DNA from: an uncultured Synergistales bacterium
Lineage (GTDB): Bacteria > Synergistota > Synergistia > Synergistales > Aminobacteriaceae
Length of the DNA stretch: 64,000 nucleotides
Assembly: GCA_905233525.1 (NCBI GenBank)
Contig: CAJOEW010000009.1
Span: 11,898-75,897, forward strand
Direction: 5' to 3'
In this document: in pieces, positions 55,949 through 64,000 of the stretch
How positions within the stretch are numbered: the stretch's first letter is position 1
Layout of the letters: each line of letters starts with the position of its first letter
Notes under the pieces: model-generated
What the model was told of the DNA's origin: nothing
Seen by the model: only the letters and a program-made list of their open reading frames with translations
Database searches by the model: none
Translations under genes and position numbers: made by a program

Positions 55949-57559
55949 TTACTTGATTACTTTCATGCGTTCCTGCGACCTGTCATATATTTCAGGAACG
56001 AGCGTAAATTTTTTAATATAATGCGCCAAAACATCAGCAGCTACACTATATTCAGGTTCGATTAAAACAGCGTCCGTAAATAAATGTCCATCGCCTCCGC
56101 TCCGTAATGTGTATGACGTGCTTGCGATTTTATAATAACGTTTCGGATCAATTTCTTTGCCGTTGATCACTACGTTAAAAACTCTCCTGCCTTCTGAAAT
56201 ATCATATAAACGATTCTTATTATCGATCTTAACAGGTGAAGGAATATTTATATCTACCATGTAAGTAAGTCCGGCCACGTGTAATAATCCTCCGCTGTTA
56301 TTCGGCATAAGCCTGACACCCATCTCAAGCTCATCAAGAATCGTCTGGCCTGAAGCTTCGATTATGCATACCGTGTTATTAAACGGCAATACATTCAATA
56401 CATCGCTGTAAAGAATTTCGCCGCTCTCAATATTTGCACGAATACCGCCCGCGTTAAATAATGCTATGTCAGCTTTACCTGTCATTGTGTCGGACGTTGA
56501 GTCTAATATAGCGTCAGTAATCAGGTCGCATAATCCCGTTTCATTATTTCTTATGAGCCATTTGCCCTGATCGTCTACAGCTCTGAGTGTGAAATCAGCA
56601 AAGCTTAATTTTTCATCGAGAATACTTTGATAACGTTCTTTTATGTTTTCGATTAAGGCTGTTATTTCTTCGTCGCGTTCGTCAACATGATCGATCAGTT
56701 CTGTTTTTATTTCGCCGTCGGTTGTAATTTTCATGAGGCCGATATTATTTAATCTTGCGCCGGTTTGAGTGATTATTGTTTCTTTTCCGTCAGCGTTTTT
56801 AATTTTCATGGCCTGAACTTCTTCACGCGAATGACCGTCAATAAATGCATCAATGCCTTTCGTGTGAGCAGCTATAAAAGGAGCGCTCCAGACTTCTATA
56901 ACTTTTTCTTTCTCACCTAAATGACAGACAGCTATCACGAAATCCGCACCATCTTTTTTTGCATCGTCGACGGCCTTTTGAATTGAAGCGCATAATTTAT
57001 TACCGGTATCATCTCCGCAAAAGTCATAAATATATTTTCCTTCTCTGTTCATAAAAGTTGACGGCGTTGATTTTAATAATGACTCAGGCGTACAAATTCC
57101 TACGAAGGCGATTTTTATATTTCCGTAATTGAAAATCTTATAAGGCTTAAAAACTAATTCATCAGTCGTAAGATCTTTAAGATTACATGAAATAAAACCG
57201 CATTTTAATTTTTCAGAGAAATTTAAAAACTGACTCCAGCCGTAATCAAATTCATGATTGCCGGGAACAGCGACATCATAATTTAAAGCATTCATTATTT
57301 CGACGATATAACGGCCTTGAGAAATTGCGCCTATAATTTCACCTTGAGACCAATCGCCGGCATCAACAAGTGCAACGTATGGAGATAATTTTTGGATTTG
57401 TTTTTTGAAAGATTGTAAACCTGCGTAACCGATATTTTCATTTACGGAGCAATGAACATCGTTAGTATAAATAATAAAAATATCTTGATCCGGATTTGCA
57501 CCATAACAATTGACGCATGAGAGTATCACAAAAAAAGCTGTTATTAAAAATTTTTTCAA
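55949..57559 (-). CDS. secreted bifunctional metallophosphatase/5'-nucleotidase
   Basis: Contains a signal peptide (LITAFFVILSCVNCYGA), the motifs NDVHC and GNHEFDYG, and a C-terminal 5'-nucleotidase domain. The start is TTG with a GAGGTGA SD. Confidence 0.8.
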   Translation of the reverse strand: MKKFLITAFFVILSCVNCYGANPDQDIFIIYTNDVHCSVNENIGYAGLQSFKKQIQKLSPYVALVDAGDWSQGEIIGAISQGRYIVEIMNALNYDVAVPGNHEFDYGWSQFLNFSEKLKCGFISCNLKDLTTDELVFKPYKIFNYGNIKIAFVGICTPESLLKSTPSTFMNREGKYIYDFCGDDTGNKLCASIQKAVDDAKKDGADFVIAVCHLGEKEKVIEVWSAPFIAAHTKGIDAFIDGHSREEVQAMKIKNADGKETIITQTGARLNNIGLMKITTDGEIKTELIDHVDERDEEITALIENIKERYQSILDEKLSFADFTLRAVDDQGKWLIRNNETGLCDLITDAILDSTSDTMTGKADIALFNAGGIRANIESGEILYSDVLNVLPFNNTVCIIEASGQTILDELEMGVRLMPNNSGGLLHVAGLTYMVDINIPSPVKIDNKNRLYDISEGRRVFNVVINGKEIDPKRYYKIASTSYTLRSGGDGHLFTDAVLIEPEYSVAADVLAHYIKKFTLVPEIYDRSQERMKVIK

Positions 57560-57750
57560 GTATGATTCACCTCGAGAAATATTATAAAATCAATCCGGCT
57601 TCGTGATAATCCTGTGTATAAATACAAATCGCCAAAAAAAAATATTTGTGCGATAATTGCAGACATAAGATCAACTCATAAAAATTTTGCAGGTGTGAGA
57701 GATTGCCCGCTTGCTCGTAATTTTTTTAATAAAAAGGAGTTTTTTTACTA

Positions 57751-59496
57751 ATGATTCAGAGACTACACCGCAGCGATTTAGGAAATTCTTTAAGAACGCT
57801 GATGGAGAACGATCCGGCTTTCCGTCCTGTAGCTTATTTTTCTATGGAAGTCGGCTTAAAGGAATCAATACCGACATATTCAGGAGGTCTCGGCGTTTTA
57901 GCGGGTGATATTCTGAAAAGTGCTGCAGATCTCGGAGTTCCTATGGCCGGCGTAACGCTGTTATATAAAAAAGGCTATTTTGTTCAGGAATTTAATCAGG
58001 ACGATTGGCAGAAAGAAAAGCCGGTTGTTTGGGATCCTGCCAAAGAATTAACAATGCTTCCGAATAGAGTTAAAATCACCATTCAAGGCCGTGAGATTCA
58101 AATTGCCGTATGGGTGTATGAAATTATCGGTGCGACTGGTTATCCGCTGCCTGTTTATTTTCTTGATACTGATATTGAGCCTAACCACCCTGACGACCGT
58201 AAATTATGCTGGTATTTATATGGCGGTGATAATCGTTATAGATTATGCCAGGAATTTATTTTAGGTGTAGGCGGTCTGCGTATGTTGAGAGATCTCGGAT
58301 ATATGAATATTGATACGTTCCATTTGAATGAAGGCCATGCAGGATTTTTAACACTTGAACTCATGCGCGAGCAAGGTTATTACGATCCTGATAAGATCCG
58401 CGATCAGGTTGTATTTACGACTCATACGCCTGTACCTGCCGGCCATGATTATTTTGAGTTTAACATGATCGATCAGGTTTTCCCAGATGACGCACGCAAT
58501 ACTATTCACAGAATGATGCCGGATATGCCAGGAGTTTCAATGACTGAATTAGGATTACGTTACAGCCGTTATGTTAATGGTGTTGCCAAAAAACATGCTG
58601 AAGTCAGTAATGCTATGTTCAAAATGGAAACGGTCGACTGGGTTACAAACGGCGTTCATCCTACAACATGGGTAAGTTCGGGAATGCGCAAGCTTTATAA
58701 TAAACATATTCCAGGCTGGGAACTCGATCCAGGGCGTTTAGTGCAGGCTTTGACAATTCCAAAAGAAGAATTATGGGCAGCTCATCAGGCTTCAAAATTG
58801 AGATTATTCGCAAGAATTGTTGAAACTAACGGCGTACAGCTTGATCCGGATATATTAACATTAGGCTTTGCACGCAGAGCAGCAACTTATAAACGTGCGG
58901 ATTTATTATTGACGGATATCGAGAGGCTCAAAAAGATTGCAGGTAAAAAACGCGTTCAATTTGTTTTTGCAGGTAAATCACACCCTCATGACGACGGCGG
59001 CAAAAAATTATTACAGAAGATCCGCAGAGCTTCACGGGAACTTGAGGACGATATCCCAATAGTGTTTATTGATAATTACAATATGGAAATCGCTTCATTA
59101 TTGACTCAGGGTGTTGACGTTTGGCTGAATACTCCTGTAAGACCAAGAGAAGCCAGCGGAACAAGCGGAATGAAATGCGCAATGAACGGAATTATGAATT
59201 TCAGCGTGCTTGACGGCTGGTGGATCGAAGGCTGGATCGAAGATGTTACAGGCTGGTCAATTGGTCCTGAACCAACAGAAACAGAAGCCGACGCTCATTA
59301 CGATGAAAATCTTGACGCGATAGATTTATATGAGAAACTCGAAAAAAAGGTAATACCTGCCTATTATGAAAATCATGATAAATGGGTAGATATGATGCGC
59401 CACACGATTGCATTGGACGCAAGCTTCTTTAATACTCACAGAGTCGTCCGTGAATACTCGTCAAAGGCGTATTCAATAGATTTCAGAGGCATGTAG
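57751..59496 (+). CDS. glgP: alpha-glucan phosphorylase (GlgP family, short TIGR02094-like form)
   Basis: Contains YFSMEVGL...GGLGVLAGD and the PLP-lysine context EASGTSGMK. Confidence 0.85.
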   Translation: MIQRLHRSDLGNSLRTLMENDPAFRPVAYFSMEVGLKESIPTYSGGLGVLAGDILKSAADLGVPMAGVTLLYKKGYFVQEFNQDDWQKEKPVVWDPAKELTMLPNRVKITIQGREIQIAVWVYEIIGATGYPLPVYFLDTDIEPNHPDDRKLCWYLYGGDNRYRLCQEFILGVGGLRMLRDLGYMNIDTFHLNEGHAGFLTLELMREQGYYDPDKIRDQVVFTTHTPVPAGHDYFEFNMIDQVFPDDARNTIHRMMPDMPGVSMTELGLRYSRYVNGVAKKHAEVSNAMFKMETVDWVTNGVHPTTWVSSGMRKLYNKHIPGWELDPGRLVQALTIPKEELWAAHQASKLRLFARIVETNGVQLDPDILTLGFARRAATYKRADLLLTDIERLKKIAGKKRVQFVFAGKSHPHDDGGKKLLQKIRRASRELEDDIPIVFIDNYNMEIASLLTQGVDVWLNTPVRPREASGTSGMKCAMNGIMNFSVLDGWWIEGWIEDVTGWSIGPEPTETEADAHYDENLDAIDLYEKLEKKVIPAYYENHDKWVDMMRHTIALDASFFNTHRVVREYSSKAYSIDFRGM

Positions 59497-59544
59497 GAAT
59501 CAACGTAATATTATTGATTGAAAGGAATGTAATTTTAAGAAGCC

Positions 59545-60999
59545 ATGACTAAAGGCAATAGGTTAAAAGTGCTGTTTGTGACAACTGAGCTTGCACCGTT
59601 CTCGAAAGTTGGAGGGCTTGGCGATGTTGCCGGTTCGTTACCAAAGGCGTTAAGTCAAGCCGGTGTAGATGTAAGAGTCGTAACTCCTGCTTGGCCTGGT
59701 GTTCTTGAGAAGGTTGCGGAGTCCGGCCTCAAAACTACGAACATAAAAACAAAAGTGTATTCAGCTTATGATTGGCGTATACATTCTGCGCAAATAGTTA
59801 AGGCTGACGTTAAAGGCGTTACAACATATTTTTTAAAGTCCGATGATTATTCAGGCGCTATGTATCCATCGCAGTTAAATTATTGGACAGCTTCGCCGTT
59901 CGCAATATTCTGTATGCAGGCTTTAGAATTAAAAGATGCCATTGACTGGACACCTGATATTTATCACTGCCATGACTGGACATCAGCTTTTTTACCGTGT
60001 GCTTTAGCTTGGCACCGTTATTACAGGCAGGTAGGCGGAAAAAGCATAATGACCTTGCATAACGTTGCTTATCAGGGAATTTTTGAGCCGTCGCCTTTCT
60101 TGGAAGCGTCAGGTCTTGAGCCTTGGAGCTTCAGTTCTTCAACAATGGAATTTTACGGACAAGTTAATTTACTTAAAGGCGGTATTGTTTCAGCGAGTGC
60201 CGTTACAACAGTTTCACCGACTTATGCGAATGAGATCCAGACATACGAGTCAACGCGCGAATTGTCAGGGATTTTATACCAGCAGCGCAGCAAGTTACGC
60301 GGAATTTTAAACGGACTTGATACGAAATATTGGGACGCTGAAAAAGATAAGTTAATACCGAAAAATTTCAGCACAAAAGATTTAAAGGGTAAAACGGCCT
60401 GCAAAAGAGAATTATTAGAGCGAGCGGGATTTGATACGGAAAATGATGCTCCTGTTATAGTTGGTGTCAGCCGTTTAGTTGAGCAAAAGGGATTCGATCT
60501 CGTTCTGAACGGAATCAACGAAATAAAAGAAATGGGCGCGAAGTTGATAATTTTAGGCTCCGGCCAGGATTGGATCGAGAACGGTTTGAGCCAGGCTGCC
60601 GAAGCTAATCCTGACTGTATAAAATTCTTCAAAGGTTATGACGAGCCTTTATCACATGTTTTATATTCCGGCGGAGATATTTTCTTAATGCCGTCAGTTT
60701 TTGAGCCGTGCGGATTATCCCAAATGATTTCGATGCGTTACGGAACTGTACCTGTAGCTCGTGAAGTTGGAGGCTTGCGCGATACAGTATTTGACGTTGA
60801 CAGACCTGAAGGCGGTAACGGATTCACTTTCCAGACCTGCGACACCGAGGGCATGTTATGGGCGTTGCGCCGTGCTGTTGAACGTTATCAGAATAAAGAC
60901 GCTTGGCGCGATATTATGCTTGAAGGAATGCGCGAGGATTTTACGTGGGATAAATCAGCGCTGTTATATAGAGATTTATATCAGGATTTAATGCAGTAA
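59545..60999 (+). CDS. glgA: glycogen synthase
   Basis: Contains the motif SKVGGLGDV and a GT5-type C-terminal domain (PSVFEPCGLSQM). Confidence 0.9.
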   Translation: MTKGNRLKVLFVTTELAPFSKVGGLGDVAGSLPKALSQAGVDVRVVTPAWPGVLEKVAESGLKTTNIKTKVYSAYDWRIHSAQIVKADVKGVTTYFLKSDDYSGAMYPSQLNYWTASPFAIFCMQALELKDAIDWTPDIYHCHDWTSAFLPCALAWHRYYRQVGGKSIMTLHNVAYQGIFEPSPFLEASGLEPWSFSSSTMEFYGQVNLLKGGIVSASAVTTVSPTYANEIQTYESTRELSGILYQQRSKLRGILNGLDTKYWDAEKDKLIPKNFSTKDLKGKTACKRELLERAGFDTENDAPVIVGVSRLVEQKGFDLVLNGINEIKEMGAKLIILGSGQDWIENGLSQAAEANPDCIKFFKGYDEPLSHVLYSGGDIFLMPSVFEPCGLSQMISMRYGTVPVAREVGGLRDTVFDVDRPEGGNGFTFQTCDTEGMLWALRRAVERYQNKDAWRDIMLEGMREDFTWDKSALLYRDLYQDLMQ

Positions 61000-61008
61000 A
61001 TAACATAA

Positions 61009-61058
61009 TCCTCCTGTCTGAATGCCTGAAAAAATTTTTTGACGGGAGGAATTTTTTT
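61009..61058 (+). terminator. candidate intrinsic terminator after glgA
   Basis: TCCTCCTGTC...GACGGGAGGA forms a 10-bp stem (one G-U pair), followed by T7. The loop is long (22 nt), so confidence is moderate. Confidence 0.45.
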
Positions 61059-61082
61059 ATAACATAAAAGGAGGCTTTTAGC

Positions 61083-62338
61083 ATGTACACAGGTAAGCAT
61101 GGCCGAGTATTGGGTATAGTCTTAGCCGGCGGTAAAGGTGAGAGATTGATGCCGTTGACGCGCTACCGTGCAAAACCAGCAGTATATTTTGCGGCGAAGT
61201 ATCGAATAATTGATTTTGCTTTATCGAACTTAATTAACAGCGGTATTTATTCGGTATCCGTTCTCGTTCAGTTTAAGAGTCAGTCATTAAATGAACATAT
61301 CGAGCGCGGTTGGCAGTTCGGCGGAGCTATGAGAGGCCGTGATTTCTTTGTAACGCTTGTGCCTGCTCAGATGTGGAGCGGTGAGCATTGGTTCCAAGGT
61401 ACGGCTGACGCTGTATATCAGGCAATGCATTTAATAACACGTTACAGAGCTGACAGAGTTTGTATATTTGCAGCAGATCATATTTATAAAATGGACGTTG
61501 ATCAAATGCTCTCATGGCATGTAGCTCAAAAAGCTGACGTTACGATCGCTGCTAATGTTGTTCCTGTTGAAGAAGCGACGCAGTTTGGCTGTATCAGAAC
61601 AGACAAGGCTATGTCTCAATGGGTAATTACGTTTTTGAGCGTAAAGTTCTCGAGGAGTCTTTAACAGATGACGCTATGCAGGAATCCAGCCATGATTTTG
61701 GAAAAGATATTATCCCGAATCTTGTTGAGCATGGTATGAAAGTTTGCGCGTATGATTTTTCAAGTAATGTTCTGCCACATCCGAGCGCTGAGATCGAATT
61801 AGTTCACCAATGGCGCACTGATAAACCTTATTGGCGCGATGTAGGAACGTTGCAGGCTTATTGGCAGGCTCATATGGAATTGATAGGCCATGAATCCGAA
61901 ATGACGCTCTATAATCCTATGTGGCCGATTCGTACGGTTTCATTTGGTGATCCTCCGTCATACTGTTATCCTGACAGCGGCCACGAATGCGATATTAACA
62001 GAGTAATGTTATCAGAAGGCAGCCGCATTTTTGGAGCTTCAGTTAAAAATTCCGTTCTTGCCCGTAATTGTTTAATCCAGGCCGGTTCAAAGATCGATCA
62101 AAGTATTATCGGCCATGACGTTGTAATCGGACGCAATTGCAGAATTACAAAGGCCATAATTGACGGACATAATATTATCCCTGACGGAACAGTAATAGGC
62201 GAAGATCCTGAAGAGGACGCGAAAAATTATTACGTCGATAAAAAATCCGGTCTCGTTGTTATGGGCGTGCCGAAAGAATTTTATCAGACAGGCAACGACA
62301 ACAGCGAAGAGGCTGCAAGCTGGGACTCTTTAGGTTAA
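61083..62338 (+). pseudogene. glgC: glucose-1-phosphate adenylyltransferase, disrupted by an internal deletion and frameshift
   Basis: The N-terminal ORF (LAGGKGERL...FGCIRTDK) runs out of frame and stops at 61664. A second frame, open from 61571, carries ...GYVSMGNYVFERKVL...SHDFGKDIIP...YWRDVGTLQAYW and the left-handed beta-helix C-terminus up to 62338. Confidence 0.75.
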
Positions 62339-62364
62339 ATTTGAGTTTAGTTAAAAAAATTATT

Positions 62365-62396
62365 AGCCTTCGGTTTTTGTGCCGGAGGCTTTTTTT
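62365..62396 (+). terminator. intrinsic terminator after glgC
   Basis: AGCCTTCGG-loop-CCGGAGGCT forms a 9-bp stem (one G-U pair), followed by T7. Confidence 0.65.
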
Positions 62397-62399
62397 ATG

Positions 62400-62945
62400 T
62401 TAGAACTTGAAAATTATTCCTACTATTGCAGAAAACGCTATCCAGAAAACAGGATGAAGCCCGCGTGTGAATTTTATTGCGTGCGTAAATATCAAAAGTA
62501 TTACAGCGAGAGCAACAGCCTTGAAATTTAAATTATTGCCGTTCAAAAAAGTTACATGAGCAACTATTAAGCCGGCCGATGTTATCATTGCAGAACTCGC
62601 AGGACGAAGACCGTAAAAAGCTCCGTTAACATATTTATTATCACGAAAAGCATAAAGAAATGCTCCAATGATTAAAATTATAATTATGCTCGGAGTAATT
62701 AGTCCTAACGTCGCAATTATTGAGCCTGTTAAACCTGATGTAATATAACCTGCGTATGTGGCCATGTTCACACCGATCGGGCCTGGTGTCGATTCTGATA
62801 CCGCTATCATATCCGCTAATTGATGACGCGTAAACCAGTTAGTACGATCTGCAATGTCATATAAAAATGGAAGTGTCGCCATACCTCCGCCGATCGCAAA
62901 TAATCCGGTATTAAAAAATTCAAGAAATAATTTTAAATACATCAT
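62400..62945 (-). CDS. chromate transporter family protein (second half-size paralogue)
   Basis: This is a 181-aa polytopic protein with the CHR motif FAIGGGMATLP. It overlaps the upstream half-gene by 4 nt. Confidence 0.8.
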   Translation of the reverse strand: MMYLKLFLEFFNTGLFAIGGGMATLPFLYDIADRTNWFTRHQLADMIAVSESTPGPIGVNMATYAGYITSGLTGSIIATLGLITPSIIIILIIGAFLYAFRDNKYVNGAFYGLRPASSAMITSAGLIVAHVTFLNGNNLNFKAVALAVILLIFTHAIKFTRGLHPVFWIAFSAIVGIIFKF

Positions 62946-63484
62946 GATTTTTTCACGCTCAAAATAATTCCAGCTATACCGGCCAATATCACAAATACAA
63001 CCGGCGAAATATTTAATGTCATCGCTCCAGCTAATACAAGCAGATAAATTATTAACGTCTTCTTATCGATTATGGCCTTGTTGAATAATTTAATAACAGC
63101 GTTGAAAATTAAAACACATACACAAACACGAACGCCCGCAAATGCATTTTTTACCCATTCAAGAGAAGCATAAGCCTTAATTACACCGGCCAATAATGAA
63201 ATTATTACAACTGACGGAAAAACTACAGCTAACGTCGCAATAATACCGCCTAAATTTCCTGCTGTCTTACGCCCTACAAACGTAGCTACATTTACAGCAA
63301 TTACACCCGGTGTACATTGTGCGATCGCATAATAATCCGTGAGTTCCTGTTCTGTCGCCCAATGTTTATTTTGAACGATCTCACGCAGTAAAATCATTAA
63401 CATAGCGTAACCGCCTCCGAATGTAACAGCGCCGATCTTTGAAAATGTTATAAACAGTTCGATTAAAATTTTCAGCTTAGACAT
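62942..63484 (-). CDS. chromate transporter family protein (first half-size paralogue)
   Basis: Contains the CHR motif [12 protein letters not shown] chose ATG 63484 ([11 protein letters not shown]) because the longer ORF-track extension would overlap the gyrB coding sequence. This ATG overlaps the gyrB stop (ATGTCTAA). Confidence 0.75.
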   Translation of the reverse strand: MSKLKILIELFITFSKIGAVTFGGGYAMLMILLREIVQNKHWATEQELTDYYAIAQCTPGVIAVNVATFVGRKTAGNLGGIIATLAVVFPSVVIISLLAGVIKAYASLEWVKNAFAGVRVCVCVLIFNAVIKLFNKAIIDKKTLIIYLLVLAGAMTLNISPVVFVILAGIAGIILSVKKS

Positions 63485-64000
63485 CAATATTTTTAGCTTC
63501 ATGAGCATTCGCGATAATAAATTCCCTGCGAGGCTCAACCTTTTCACCTAAAAGAATATCAAAATATTCATCAGCTAAGAAATTATCATCAAGTTCAATT
63601 TTCTTTAATATACGATTTGCAGGACTCATGGTCGTTTCCCATAATTGCTCGGGATTCATTTCGCCTAAACCTTTATAACGCTGTACACTAACTTTTGAAG
63701 GATCTGCAGCATTATCAACGATTGAGCGCAATTCTTTATCAGTGTAACAATAATTTACGGTCTTGCCTGATTGAACACGGTACAACGGAGGCTGCGCTAA
63801 ATATAAATATCCTTGTGATAATAATTCAGGCATATGTCTATAAAAGAAAGTTAATAACAATGTGCTTATATGCGCTCCGTCAACATCAGCATCGGTCATT
63901 ATAATAATTTTATGATAACGTAATTTGCCAGCGTCGAAATCGTTACCAATTCCGCAGCCTAAAGCCGTTATTATCGTTTGGATTTCACGGTTAGCCAGCA
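63477..64000 (-). CDS. gyrB: DNA gyrase subunit B (C-terminal part; N-terminus beyond window edge)
   Basis: The frame is open to the window edge and reads ...[53 protein letters not shown]...[19 protein letters not shown]. Confidence 0.92.
   Translation of the reverse strand, partial: LANREIQTIITALGCGIGNDFDAGKLRYHKIIIMTDADVDGAHISTLLLTFFYRHMPELLSQGYLYLAQPPLYRVQSGKTVNYCYTDKELRSIVDNAADPSKVSVQRYKGLGEMNPEQLWETTMSPANRILKKIELDDNFLADEYFDILLGEKVEPRREFIIANAHEAKNIDV

Overview
This is a visibly AT-rich, densely coding bacterial chromosome segment of about 60 genes. GGAGG-type Shine-Dalgarno sites and TTG/GTG starts are frequent. All family calls come from motif recognition by eye, since I could not run BLAST or HMM searches.

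Gene content, left to right:
- 1-5170 (minus strand): S4-domain protein (partial), pgm, a GT8 glycosyltransferase, and thrB-thrC.
- 5284-13405: an orphan NYN-domain protein, a 1774-aa thioester-containing alpha-2-macroglobulin, and a GT2 glycosyltransferase.
- 13436-16645 (minus strand): dxs and an unassigned 462-aa protein.
- 16781-23712: flagellar/motility operon flbD-motA-motB-fliL-fliM-fliY-cheY-fliO-fliP-fliQ-fliR.
- 23734-27719: a capsule-type glycosyltransferase, an orphan TctC-like binding protein, and a lone NuoL/MnhA-like membrane subunit.
- 27779-35576: guaA, a membrane-anchored TerD protein, metY, a tail-anchored coiled-coil protein, a flavodoxin plus DUF3793-like pair, and guaB.
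- 35688-55361: a long co-directional housekeeping array (yhcH-like, tadA, recJ, rel, dtd, MBL hydrolase, mreBCD, mrdA, minCDE, rodA, radical-SAM TIGR03960/TIGR03936 pair, rng, trmN6-like, metallophosphoesterase, rsmI).
- 55435-64000: a hypothetical protein, a 5'-nucleotidase, glgP-glgA-glgC, a split chrA pair, and the 3' end of gyrB.

The gene order resembles Firmicutes/Synergistota-type anaerobes, and the alpha-2-macroglobulin hints at a diderm envelope. Both points are inference only. I found no transposase, integrase, CRISPR array, rRNA or tRNA by eye.

Main second-look items:
1. Three unlinked glycosyltransferase genes each carry a frame-shifting simple-sequence repeat near the 5' end. These are (GCGATGT)x5, which currently breaks the GT8 gene; (GATCAGA)x3 in the GT2 gene; and a G11 tract in the glycosyltransferase fused to the end of the fliPQR operon. 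This is the architecture of phase-variable contingency loci.
2. minD and glgC are each split by what looks like an internal deletion of tens of nucleotides plus a frameshift. The cause is either true pseudogenisation or assembly error.
3. An orphan 496-aa protein has a C-terminal NYN/LabA-like nuclease fold and an unrecognisable N-terminal half.

I do not see a clear multi-gene novel system. The phase-variable glycosyltransferase set is the strongest candidate.
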